Assembly: GCA_048940445.1 (NCBI GenBank)
Contig: JBHLON010000001.1
Span: 64,001 to 128,000, forward strand
DNA length: 64,000 bases
Origin: Promethearchaeota archaeon
Lineage (GTDB): Archaea > Asgardarchaeota > Lokiarchaeia > Sigyniarchaeales > SOKP01
Reading direction: 5' to 3'
Shown here: positions 49,307 to 59,044 of the stretch, piece after piece
Layout of the letters: each line of letters begins with the position of its first letter
Position numbering within the stretch: position 1 is the first letter of the stretch
Translations under genes and position numbers: made by a program
The notes under the pieces: model-generated
Databases searched by the model: none
Seen by the model: only the letters and a program-made list of their open reading frames with translations
What the model was told of the DNA's origin: nothing

Positions 49307-50167
49307 GTGATTGATAAAATGAATGATCTCATATTTTTTAGTTTGATTATGTTAATATTTTTGAGAGCTGTAGGATTAGGAGTTTCTGTGGAATTCTTTT
49401 ATAACACGAGAGATCGGAAATTCATATCTTTCATTTTCTGCTGGATTTTTTGGATGATTGCGAACATCTTTCCAATATTAGCAGATATTGTCTTAAATAT
49501 GAGTTTAAAAGAAATTTTTCTTATAGTTAATATATTATTTTTTATTCTTGGAGTTATTTTTTACTTTTGGGGATTTTGGCAATATTATCTAATAATATCA
49601 TCAAGGATATTGATTGCTTTAATAATTATATCTATTATAACCCCTCTTTTATTGTATATTCTGATCGATTTCAATATTGCTATGACATTTTCGACAATGA
49701 TTATTATGCTTTTATTTCTGAGTGGATATATAATACCACCATTAAAAAAAAGGGAATTTGTAAAATATATGGGTAAAACAATAAGATGGTATTATGCGGC
49801 AACAGTAACATTTGTTCTTTATTTTCCAATTTCAATTATAAGTTACACATTAGGATACAGATATGGCGTGTATTTCGCTGAGGAACCCCTGATTATAATA
49901 TTATACTATATTCCTAGCCTTGGTATTACGCTATTACTCATTGTTTTACTCGTTCACATCGAATACTCTATTTCCTCTCGTCATAAAAATGATTTGAAGG
50001 ATAAATATTCTCATGATTTAGGGAATATAATGCAGGCAATTAGTTCTGCTTATGAACTTTATAGCTTAAAGCTTGAAAATATTAAAGGATCTGCCGAATT
50101 GGATAATATGTTAAAATCAAAGATTACTGAGGCCGGTAAACTAATTAAAGATATACGGGAATTATAA
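49307..50167 (+). CDS. Multi-TM sensor-like protein ending in a HisKA-like phosphoacceptor segment, no HATPase domain
   Basis: About 7 TM helices, then 'DKYSHDLGNIMQAI' (H-box) and a second helix; stops before any ATP-binding domain. Confidence 0.65.
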   Translation: MIDKMNDLIFFSLIMLIFLRAVGLGVSVEFFYNTRDRKFISFIFCWIFWMIANIFPILADIVLNMSLKEIFLIVNILFFILGVIFYFWGFWQYYLIISSRILIALIIISIITPLLLYILIDFNIAMTFSTMIIMLLFLSGYIIPPLKKREFVKYMGKTIRWYYAATVTFVLYFPISIISYTLGYRYGVYFAEEPLIIILYYIPSLGITLLLIVLLVHIEYSISSRHKNDLKDKYSHDLGNIMQAISSAYELYSLKLENIKGSAELDNMLKSKITEAGKLIKDIREL

Positions 50168-50283
50168 ATCAAAATTATTATAATAATAATTATTTCATAG
50201 TTTTCGTAAAATGTCTGTTTCACGAAAATTCATCTAATTAGGATAGCTTATTATAATACTTATATTAAATTAAGTATGTAAAA

Positions 50284-50374
50284 TGCGTCGTCCGGGATTT
50301 GAACCCGGGTCCCGCGCGTTCTGCTTTCAATTAGAAAATGGCAGGCGCGGATTCTACCACTATACTAACGACGC
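50284..50374 (-). tRNA. tRNA-Gly(GCC) with canonical 20-nt intron at 37/38
   Basis: GCGTCGT acceptor; anticodon arm CGCGC-CTGCCA|C-GCGCG; intron 50319-50338 forms a perfect bulge-helix-bulge (CTGC/GCAG helix, CAT and AAC bulges); T-loop TTCAAAT. Confidence 0.97.
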
Positions 50375-50445
50375 TTTATTTAAGATTTAAAAAACTGCTA
50401 AATTATACTAAAATAAATTAGTTTAAAGAAAAAAAACTTTTTTAA

Positions 50446-51309
50446 TTAATCTTTTAAATCAAATATTATTTCAACTGAACTGACAATCCCCAACTTACGG
50501 GCAAATCTTCTAATATATTGAATCCTATGTTTTTTAATTACATCTGAGACAATCAAAGTTGGAATAAAAGGAAGGATCATAAAAAAAGGGAACGGAATGA
50601 AAATTGCCAATAAAATGGAAAATAAACTTGTAAAACTAGCCGTTTCTACTAAAAAGATAGTAATAAATTCAAAATAGGAGAATATTACTGATACACCAGC
50701 GTAACCTTTTAGAAATTGCCCATACCATCTCCCTATAGAACGAACCTCAGGTGGATTAATTGTTTTATCTAATTTATTTCTATTAGAATAGATTATACCA
50801 GAATCACTTAAAAACCATGTAGTAGAGAAAAGTATTGTTGCAAGAAAAAAAGTTAGTACTAATAATACTACAAAGGTAGTAGCATAATCTGCTTGAGTAG
50901 TCGGTATGCTCCCTCTTGAGAAGGTGACAATTTCAGGAGTAAGTAAAAATAATGAGAAATTAATAGCCATTAATGCAGAAAATAAACCAGAAGAAAAATA
51001 TTTAAATTTGGGAAATTCTGGTCTATTGAAAAGTCCATATTCCATTTTGGTTTTAAAGATTTTTTTATGGATATAAAGAAAAAACGGTGAAAATCCATAT
51101 CCACCAACAAATAAACCAATTAAAGAAGATACGGGTAATATGATTATAGAAAGTAATCCTGTTTCTAATCCCATATCAGAAATTGGAATTAATTTAGTTA
51201 AATCATCGGTTCTTCCAATAATTAAAGAAAAAGTAATAGAGATCCCAATCCAAAATAAGCAATAAAATAAAAAGAACAATAAAGCTCGTTTATATTTCCC
51301 AATTTTCAT
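50446..51309 (-). CDS. Multi-pass membrane protein
   Basis: About 6 TM helices; 'WFLSDSGIIY' and 'GRWYGQFLKGYAG' loops; 1 nt downstream of the GTPase gene. Confidence 0.7.
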   Translation of the reverse strand: MKIGKYKRALLFFLFYCLFWIGISITFSLIIGRTDDLTKLIPISDMGLETGLLSIIILPVSSLIGLFVGGYGFSPFFLYIHKKIFKTKMEYGLFNRPEFPKFKYFSSGLFSALMAINFSLFLLTPEIVTFSRGSIPTTQADYATTFVVLLVLTFFLATILFSTTWFLSDSGIIYSNRNKLDKTINPPEVRSIGRWYGQFLKGYAGVSVIFSYFEFITIFLVETASFTSLFSILLAIFIPFPFFMILPFIPTLIVSDVIKKHRIQYIRRFARKLGIVSSVEIIFDLKD

Positions 51310-51310
51310 A

Positions 51311-51829
51311 TTATTTTACCATAATTCTACTAATTATATCAAATACTATATCTATATTTTCTCCAGTTTTGGAAGAACACTCTAAATATTCTAAGAAATT
51401 ATTTTCATTGGTAAAATTTTTAGCTTCTTCCTGGGAGATTGTTCTATTCTCCATAAGATCTAATTTACCACCAACTAAGACTTTAGGAACTTCTTGATTA
51501 TGAGTTTGATTTGAATTATCAAACACCGTTAGCCAATCTGTTAAATTTTTAAAAGTATTATATCGGGTAAGATCATACATAAAGATAGCCCCATGTGTGC
51601 CTACTAGAGTGCTAGATAATAAAAATCTGAACTTATCTTCACCTGCAAAATCCCATATATGAAGAGCAATCTTATTACCATTCAAATGTAGTTTCTTTAC
51701 ATAAAAATCCATGCCTAATGTTAATTTGTATGACTCTTTAAAAACACCAGAAAGATATCGATGCGTTAGAGTAGTCTTTCCAACAGCAGAATCCCCTAAA
51801 ATGCAGACCTTATACTGATTATCTTCCAT
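51311..51829 (-). CDS. Rab-like small GTPase
   Basis: G1 GDSAVGKT, G2 TLGMDF, G3 WDFAGED, G4 GGKLDL, G5 CSSK; no C-terminal prenylation motif. Confidence 0.93.
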   Translation of the reverse strand: MEDNQYKVCILGDSAVGKTTLTHRYLSGVFKESYKLTLGMDFYVKKLHLNGNKIALHIWDFAGEDKFRFLLSSTLVGTHGAIFMYDLTRYNTFKNLTDWLTVFDNSNQTHNQEVPKVLVGGKLDLMENRTISQEEAKNFTNENNFLEYLECSSKTGENIDIVFDIISRIMVK

Positions 51830-52088
51830 GTTTCAGATATGAGATTAAGTATTCGTTTTAATAGTTCGTAATTTCTTTACAATATGATATAAAGCCTACA
51901 ATTTAAGTATTAATTTATCAATAGATTTAAAAAGAAAAAATACATAGCAATTTTTTAAAAAATAGAGGAAACATTGATTCAATTAATAGGAAAATTCAAA
52001 TGAAACACGGGTAATATCATCAATCGTGTAATATTTTTATTAATCTAATAATATTATAAGAAAAAAGTCTATTTGTATTAATATTATC

Positions 52089-53114
52089 CTACACAATTTT
52101 TGAGATTACTTGTTTAATAGGATTACTTTTAACAAAAGTTTCTAATTCATATGAACTATTAGGAAGTCCTTCACGAACACCAATTTCTTTACATTCTAGA
52201 TAGGACATTGCTGTAGCCATTTTTGAAGCCTTTTGTAAATCAAAATTATTTAATTCTGAAATTAGGAGCCCGGAAAGGAACGCATCTCCCGCACCAGTTG
52301 TATCTTCTACAGAACCTGGATAAACAGAACTATTAACAATATGATTACCATCAGAGATAATGGAGCCATTGGGTCCATCTGTTATAGAAATTAATTTTAT
52401 CCCCATATCTAAAAAATGATGGATCATATGGGTTGCATCCTTTTCATTTGTGAATTCTTCAGCTTCTTCTTTATTTAAAGAAACTACATCAGAATTGGAT
52501 ATTAATTCTTTGGCCCATTTCGGGTTATTTTTAATTATTGACATGCTAGGAGCAGCAAAGATTCTGCCATTTTGGTCTATTGTGAGATCTATTGCTTTTT
52601 TAATAGCTTTACAGCCATTTTCAGAAGTTAAAGAAGTCCATGCAAACGCTTTTGCATTGTTAAAAATTTCATCTTTGATATTAGAAGCCTCCAATAAGTT
52701 ATTAGCCCCTTTATAAGCAAGTATACTTCTATCTTTTCCCCATTCTGTCTTTAAGATCACTGAAAATGCTGTATTATCTTTCTCAGTCTGAATAATGTTA
52801 GACATATCGACTCCTCTATTTTTCATATCTTCTAGACATATATTTGCTGAAAAATCTTTACCCATAATACCAATATATGTGCTTTTTAATCCTAGCATAG
52901 CACAATTAGTTGCAATATTTGCTGCAGAACCCCCTGGGACAAATCTAACTTTTTCAACGTTAAGTTTTCGACTATATTCAATAGCAGTGTATTTTTTAAC
53001 TATATCTTTATCTAATAATTCGAATCTAAGAATATCATTTACTTGAATCATGCAATCAAGGGTGCAACTTCCAATTGTAATTACATCAAAATTACTGTTC
53101 ATTTTATACCACAA
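52089..53114 (-). CDS. PfkB/ribokinase-family carbohydrate kinase
   Basis: GGSAAN and DTTGAGDAF signatures. Confidence 0.93.
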   Translation of the reverse strand: MWYKMNSNFDVITIGSCTLDCMIQVNDILRFELLDKDIVKKYTAIEYSRKLNVEKVRFVPGGSAANIATNCAMLGLKSTYIGIMGKDFSANICLEDMKNRGVDMSNIIQTEKDNTAFSVILKTEWGKDRSILAYKGANNLLEASNIKDEIFNNAKAFAWTSLTSENGCKAIKKAIDLTIDQNGRIFAAPSMSIIKNNPKWAKELISNSDVVSLNKEEAEEFTNEKDATHMIHHFLDMGIKLISITDGPNGSIISDGNHIVNSSVYPGSVEDTTGAGDAFLSGLLISELNNFDLQKASKMATAMSYLECKEIGVREGLPNSSYELETFVKSNPIKQVISKIV

Positions 53115-53399
53115 ATATTAAAAAGTTGAAATCGATGAATATGTTAAAAATAAAGCTTTAACTTAAATAGTTTTAGCTAATAAGATAATTGTATTATTAT
53201 TAAATGTTTAAAGAGCTTTCTAAATCAAGAATTAAAGCCTTTAAACATTAATTTTTGATTTTAAACTTAATTTTCATTAATTAGATTCAAACTGTATTTT
53301 AACAGAAACTTTGAATTAGGAATTGAGTAAACCTACGTTTTTAAATATCTTAGACAAGAGAAGAAGTAATAAGTAAATTTCCGGAGATTATTTGGGCCT

Positions 53400-54581
53400 T
53401 TAATTTCTTTCCTCTTCTGGGGGTTTGATATTACGAAATATAAAATAAATTGCTATATCATACACAATTTTAATACTTCCACCAAAAACAAATGGTAAAA
53501 TAAAATTTCCCGTATCAATTAATGATGTAGCTAATGGAGGACTGATAGATGAGGATACTGTTCGAACAGTATTAGTAATTGCTGCAGTTGATGCTCTATC
53601 TTCAGATTTAACTATTGCATTTACATAAGATTGCCTTGTGGGAACATCCATTTGTGAAATTGATTGCCGTAAGAGTAACAGTACTACCGCAAATACCAAT
53701 GTAGGGGCAAAAGGTACGGCTATTAAAAAGATATTAGAAGGAATGTGTGTGATAACCATCGTTTTTAATAGACCAACTCTTTTTGCTAAAATTGGTGCTA
53801 AAACTATAGAGATTGCCGTGATAATATCTGTAAGAGAGAAAATAATTGATAAAGATATTAATTGCACATTGAATCTTAAATAGAACCATGTTGAAAGCAA
53901 GACTTTAACGATGAATCCTCCTCCAAACGCGTCAATTGAAAACAAAGAAGATAATTTTAAAACAATTTTTCTTGAATCGGAATGAAATATTATTTTTTCA
54001 GATTTAGCAAAAATTTCATCAATATTTTTGAAACTCAAATATATGATCATTTGAAATATACCGATAATTAAATATGCATAAAAAGCAAAACTTAAAGATA
54101 AGCCAACTTGTGGTAAAAAATCTGGTAGCCCACTGAATAGAGATCCTAACGACATGGACACGTAACCAACGAAATTGTAAAAGCTAAAAATATGAGTTCT
54201 TTTTGTGTCATCTACAGACCAAGAAATTATTGATTGTTCAATACTTTGAAAAGGTCCTGTTTCTGTTCCATGAGCACTCAATAAACCGATAAGAGCCGCA
54301 ACAATGATCATAGTTGAATTTAAGTTCCATAGGAATAGCGATGCAGAGACAACCATTAAGAATGAGAGAAACACCAATATCCAGCGTTGACCTATTCGTT
54401 TTATTACTAACGTTAATATGATATTAAAGGGGATATTTGATAAGATCATCAAAGAAACAATAATACCTACAAAAGTCAGGTTATAACCTTGACCAAGTAA
54501 ATATAACGGTAAAATGATACTCATAAGTGAACTTCCAAATACTCTTATAAATTTTACTACCATTAATTTTTGAATTAGCAT
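53400..54581 (-). CDS. MFS transporter
   Basis: About 12 TM helices; GPFQSIEQ, DAFGGG and SQMDVPTRQSY motifs. Confidence 0.9.
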   Translation of the reverse strand: MLIQKLMVVKFIRVFGSSLMSIILPLYLLGQGYNLTFVGIIVSLMILSNIPFNIILTLVIKRIGQRWILVFLSFLMVVSASLFLWNLNSTMIIVAALIGLLSAHGTETGPFQSIEQSIISWSVDDTKRTHIFSFYNFVGYVSMSLGSLFSGLPDFLPQVGLSLSFAFYAYLIIGIFQMIIYLSFKNIDEIFAKSEKIIFHSDSRKIVLKLSSLFSIDAFGGGFIVKVLLSTWFYLRFNVQLISLSIIFSLTDIITAISIVLAPILAKRVGLLKTMVITHIPSNIFLIAVPFAPTLVFAVVLLLLRQSISQMDVPTRQSYVNAIVKSEDRASTAAITNTVRTVSSSISPPLATSLIDTGNFILPFVFGGSIKIVYDIAIYFIFRNIKPPEEERN

Positions 54582-54706
54582 AATAAAATTACTAAAAGTA
54601 GAATTAACTAAAAAATCATATTATTTTGAAAATCTATTTAATAAAGGAGAACTGAAAGCTAAATAAATTTAGTTTCAATATAAAATTTTTTAGGAAAAGG
54701 TAAATT

Positions 54707-55333
54707 TTAATCTCTCGATTTTAATTTATTGAGTTCTTCTTCTAATTCCTTAATCTTACCATCGGGTTCTACAGAGGGTAATGCTCCCCCTACTTCAGCT
54801 CCAATTTCTGCATCTATTTCACCTAAAACATCCTTAACATCAGTATCAGTAACTGCAGTATCAATCATTAAATCATTTATTCCATCAGTAGTTATTTCTT
54901 CCGTAACATTAAAGTCTTCGATATCTACTCCAATTTGAGTCATAAGTTCGGTAATTTGTGGAATTGATAATGAATTTTTTAGCGCACCAAGACTCATTGC
55001 TATTCCTCTCATAATTTCAGCAACATCTTTTACAGCACTAGCTTGTTCCAACTTAAAGACCATACCTTCAAGGTTTGTCCTGAATAGGTCTATTGCTCTT
55101 GCTTGTTTCTTAACTTGTAAGTAGTTACGAGCGTGAAATTCCGAACCCTGCATATCACCAGCTTTTCGAAGATTGACAGCTTTGTCCCTTGCAAGTTTTG
55201 CTGACATCTCCATTTTTTTTGTTTGCCTCATTAATCGTTTGTTAAAAACTTTTAATTTTACGGTCGCAGATCGTACAGTATCCTTTTTACGACCTCCGGA
55301 TAACCAACCCGAAAGATCTTTCAAAAATCCCAT
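54707..55333 (-). CDS. ESCRT-III, Vps2/24/46 (CHMP1-3)-like
   Basis: N-terminal amphipathic MGFLKDLSGWL, basic helical hairpin, acidic C-half and terminal MIM1-like IKELEEELNKLK; divergent from vps4. Confidence 0.88.
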   Translation of the reverse strand: MGFLKDLSGWLSGGRKKDTVRSATVKLKVFNKRLMRQTKKMEMSAKLARDKAVNLRKAGDMQGSEFHARNYLQVKKQARAIDLFRTNLEGMVFKLEQASAVKDVAEIMRGIAMSLGALKNSLSIPQITELMTQIGVDIEDFNVTEEITTDGINDLMIDTAVTDTDVKDVLGEIDAEIGAEVGGALPSVEPDGKIKELEEELNKLKSRD

Positions 55334-55562
55334 TTTTCATCAACTTTTAGTTAATTTATATAATATAAAAAAATTCGAGATTATATAATTTTTTGTAGAC
55401 CAATAATTAAGATGATAAATCTCGAGGAGACATCATACCAAAAAGAAAATTTGTATTAACTTTTTTTAATGTTTAATAAAAGTGAAGATTGGTATTAGAT
55501 TAATTTAAATAACAATTGAAATATTATAAAATAAAATAAGCTAAAAATAAGAGGTTTTAATT

Positions 55563-56780
55563 ATCTCATCAGTAGACTCAAAACTATATCAATATGCAGT
55601 CCAAGAAGCTCAAGCTGCTGTAAATTTAGATGAAAAAGGTCATTTACACCAAGCAATGAATAAGTACTTTAGAGCAGCAGAAATACTTATTCAATTTATT
55701 AAGTATAATAAAAATCCAATTATGATCAGAAAGTGTAAAGATCAAATTGAACAATACATGACTAGGGCTCAAGTTCTTAAAGAGCATCTAAGTGGTCCAA
55801 GAGCTAGGAGGCCACATCCAAAGGCAACTCCTAGTGAACCACATGAAGGAGAACCAAATGCAGAGGAAGGAAGTCTATCAGCTGAGGAGCAGGAACTCAT
55901 GGACTCTATTTCAGACACAATCTTAACAGAATCCCCTAATGTTAAGTGGAACGAAATCGCAGGTCTAAGCGATTGTAAGCAAGCAGTAAGAGAAGCTATT
56001 GTATTACCAATCATGAAACCGGATTTATTTACAGGTGCAAGAAAACCATGGTCGGGAATATTGTTATTTGGACCTCCTGGATGCGGAAAAACATTATTAG
56101 CAAAAGCGGCTGCCACGGAATGTAAAGCGACATTTTTTAGTGTCTCATCAGCAGATTTATTAAGCAAATGGTTAGGTGAAAGTGAAAAATTAATCTCATC
56201 GCTTTTTAAGTTAGCCCGAACAAGAGCACCAAGCCTAATTTTTATGGACGAAATTGATTCCGTAACCACGACTAGAGGTAGTGGACATGAAGGAGGAGGA
56301 GAGAGAAGAGTCAAAACTCAGTTATTACAAGAAATTCAAGGCGTTAAATCAACTCATGATAAGCCAATGCTTGTGCTGGGAGCTACAAACCGACCTTGGG
56401 ATATTGATATAGCAATGTTAAGCAGATTTGAAAAGAAAGTATACGTGCCACTTCCAGATCAACCAGCAAGAGCAGGTATTTTTAAGATTCATACTTCAGG
56501 AGTTAATTCTGCCTTAACAGAAGAAGATTATATTGAATTAGCAGTTCGTACTGAGTCTTATTCTGGTAGAGACATATCAAATATTTGCCGTGAAGTCATT
56601 ATGATTCCTGTAAGAGAATTAGATATGGGTGGGTTACTGGAAGATCCGGAAAAAGAAGTTGTTGTGAGAGATATAAACCTAAAAGATTTTTTAAAGACTA
56701 TAAAGAAAGTAAAGCCAATGATGACTAAGGCTGAATTGAAGAAATATCAAGTATGGGCAGAGGAATTCGGAGAATTTTAG
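55563..56780 (+). CDS. vps4: Vps4 AAA+ ATPase with MIT domain (probable non-AUG start at 55563 or 55560)
   Basis: GILLFGPPGCGKT, SKWLGESEK, FMDEID and GATNRPW. MIT helix 1 (LYQYAVQEAQAAVNLDEKG) is encoded in frame upstream of the first ATG (55656). Confidence 0.93.
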   Translation: MSSVDSKLYQYAVQEAQAAVNLDEKGHLHQAMNKYFRAAEILIQFIKYNKNPIMIRKCKDQIEQYMTRAQVLKEHLSGPRARRPHPKATPSEPHEGEPNAEEGSLSAEEQELMDSISDTILTESPNVKWNEIAGLSDCKQAVREAIVLPIMKPDLFTGARKPWSGILLFGPPGCGKTLLAKAAATECKATFFSVSSADLLSKWLGESEKLISSLFKLARTRAPSLIFMDEIDSVTTTRGSGHEGGGERRVKTQLLQEIQGVKSTHDKPMLVLGATNRPWDIDIAMLSRFEKKVYVPLPDQPARAGIFKIHTSGVNSALTEEDYIELAVRTESYSGRDISNICREVIMIPVRELDMGGLLEDPEKEVVVRDINLKDFLKTIKKVKPMMTKAELKKYQVWAEEFGEF

Positions 56781-56781
56781 G

Positions 56782-57666
56782 ATGGAGAAACAAAGAGAAA
56801 AACCAAAAGAAATTCCAAAAAAAGTTGAAGAAAAAGCAACAATAGATCTAGATGAATTAAGAAAGGAGTTAGCACGATTAAAAGAACTGAAGAAACAAAG
56901 AGAGTCAGAGAAGCCTCCGGAAGACATTGTTAAGGAAGAAGAAGTTATTGAAAAACCAATTTCAGAAAACATTGGAACTCGGTTAGATAGAATTGAGGAT
57001 TTCTTGACAAGTAAACTTGGTGATGTAGATTTAGAAGCATATAAGCAACATTCTGCTCAAATAGAAAAAGAACTTAAAAGCATAGAACAAGAATTAGTAG
57101 GTGAAGAAGGTGTTATAGCTAAAGAGATCTCTACCTACGAATTACTACTCAATGATTATCCTTGGCTTGAAGAAAAAAGATATGTATTCATGTATTCTAT
57201 CCCTAATAAAAAAAATAATCTTAAAGATTTCGAATCATGGAAGAATGAATGGTCAAAGGTACTTTTTGATTATGCAAGATATGCAATTCTTCACATTTTA
57301 TATTTAAGAAAATTAGAATCGGAGAAGCCATTCTCTAAATTTGAAAACAGAAATACAGCTTTAGAAATAATTGCGCAGGAATTAGTCGATAGAAACCAGG
57401 CAGAATGGCTTACAAAAAGCAAAGAGAAATTAAGAATATATTGGAAAACTCTTGACAATTGGGCAGAGGAAATTTATGAATGGGCCATGGAAATATCACC
57501 TCTAGAACCCATTTTGATATTTGAAATAAGAGAATCTAATAGAGCTTTCAGTACATTACCAAAAGAGGATTTGCTTGAAATTTTCAAAAGACTTGAGAAA
57601 AATGAACGTGGAAGGATTATTAAGTCAGAGGATGGCCAAATATCTTTCAAAATAAAGGTAGAATAG
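56782..57666 (+). CDS. vps25: ESCRT-II Vps25-like protein with N-terminal coiled-coil extension
   Basis: Tandem winged-helix pattern 'SWKNEWSKVLFDY...AEW...IYWKTLDNWAEEIYEWA' as in Vps25; 1 nt after vps4. Confidence 0.8.
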   Translation: MEKQREKPKEIPKKVEEKATIDLDELRKELARLKELKKQRESEKPPEDIVKEEEVIEKPISENIGTRLDRIEDFLTSKLGDVDLEAYKQHSAQIEKELKSIEQELVGEEGVIAKEISTYELLLNDYPWLEEKRYVFMYSIPNKKNNLKDFESWKNEWSKVLFDYARYAILHILYLRKLESEKPFSKFENRNTALEIIAQELVDRNQAEWLTKSKEKLRIYWKTLDNWAEEIYEWAMEISPLEPILIFEIRESNRAFSTLPKEDLLEIFKRLEKNERGRIIKSEDGQISFKIKVE

Positions 57667-57670
57667 ATTT

Positions 57671-58399
57671 TTATATCGAGGGAAAATACCATTGCTTCCC
57701 CTTTAAAAGGGACTCTCTATATTTTGCAATACCACTTTGCTCAAGAGAATGCAAAGTCTCTAATGCTCGATCCTGAGCCCAATTTAACCCCACACATACA
57801 TCCTCTAAAGACAGAAAACCCTTATCTTTAGCAATTTCTAAAACTTTTACTTGATCACTAGTATATTGTACTGGAAAGAATCTAATCATTATAGTGCCTG
57901 AATCCAATTCAATTAAATCATCAATTACTTGATTTTTCTTTAGTATCTTCAATGCTTTATTTAAGTCTTTAATATCAACGTTTCCTTTTAAAATTCCGGT
58001 ATTTATCATGTCAAAAACTTCTGAAATAGGAATTATTCCGGCTCCAATTTCTTCTTTTTGCATAAGAACTCTTTGATATGCTAACATACCTAACTTCTCA
58101 TGATCTACCTTTGAAGACCTTTTTAAAACATCATGTTCATTAATTTGCTCGGTGATGATTTTAGAAGTAGGAATTTTATATTCTTTTTGTAAATATTTTA
58201 CTTCATCCTTTAATTCTGGTGTTAAAGCTAAAACAACTCCATGTTTCTTAGCTAATTCTCTTAATCTTTCCTTTGTAAACTTTTCTGTTTCTGCTTTAGC
58301 TTGAATGTCTTTTATTCTAAGCTCTGCTGCCTTTTTCTTGATCGCTTCTTTTAAGTCAATTTCATCTTCTATTTTTCGAATACCCATCCTGCCTAACAC
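57671..58399 (-). CDS. ESCRT-II Vps22/Vps36 (EAP30)-like protein
   Basis: MLGRMGI N-terminus, 'GIIPISEV...DIKDLNKALKILK' and 'LNWAQDRALETLHSLEQSG...WYFPS' winged-helix pattern; ESCRT context. Confidence 0.82.
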   Translation of the reverse strand: MLGRMGIRKIEDEIDLKEAIKKKAAELRIKDIQAKAETEKFTKERLRELAKKHGVVLALTPELKDEVKYLQKEYKIPTSKIITEQINEHDVLKRSSKVDHEKLGMLAYQRVLMQKEEIGAGIIPISEVFDMINTGILKGNVDIKDLNKALKILKKNQVIDDLIELDSGTIMIRFFPVQYTSDQVKVLEIAKDKGFLSLEDVCVGLNWAQDRALETLHSLEQSGIAKYRESLLKGKQWYFPSI

Positions 58400-58465
58400 T
58401 ATTTTTTAATATCTTACTTGATTAATATTAATAAATCTACTTATTTCTTTTGATTTTTCTCTGTT

Positions 58466-59041
58466 ATGAATATTTCAAAAAAAGTTAGACGAGTTAATAA
58501 CTTTGAAAAAAAAATTATAACTAATACTTTTAATCAAATTTCACCAAAATTCAATGAATTGTTAGAAGAAGATAAATTTTCTATGTATATAACCTTAAAT
58601 AAAGAACCTGAAAAACAGCAAATTTCAATTTACTTAATTCACAGAAAATTAAATTATTTAGAGCAATTGATTAATTTTGCTGATATACACTCATTTGGTC
58701 TTTATTTTGGTTTCATAAAAAAAGGAAAATTCTTTTTAAGCTTAGAAGGAGCTGATTTTCTGTATAAAGGAAACTTTATTTCTAAAAAAGATGAACTCAT
58801 AGTTAATAAAGAAGGAGAGAAGGCTATTCTTTATGGAAATAACGTACTAAAGAAAATGATATTACATTTTCCCCTAGAAGCAAAAAGTGAAAGTCTAATA
58901 ATGATTTTAAACGAATTAGAAGAATTAATAGGTATTGGGTTTACTAAGATTAAAGGTGATGATTTCAACAAATATTTTCCAGAGGATCTGATTACAGTAA
59001 ATTTAATCGATAAAGGGTATTACCTAAGAAGAGAAAATTAA
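58466..59041 (+). CDS. NIP7-like PUA-domain ribosome biogenesis protein
   Basis: SFGLYFG, LSLEGA, EKAILYG and DKGYYLR; adjacent to the NOP2-like methyltransferase. Confidence 0.8.
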   Translation: MNISKKVRRVNNFEKKIITNTFNQISPKFNELLEEDKFSMYITLNKEPEKQQISIYLIHRKLNYLEQLINFADIHSFGLYFGFIKKGKFFLSLEGADFLYKGNFISKKDELIVNKEGEKAILYGNNVLKKMILHFPLEAKSESLIMILNELEELIGIGFTKIKGDDFNKYFPEDLITVNLIDKGYYLRREN

Positions 59042-59044
59042 TTA

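Noticed and set aside
47562-50374. Integrated element bounded by the two tRNA genes
   Set aside because: No integrase, no duplicated tRNA 3' end (att site), and the contents look like native genes.
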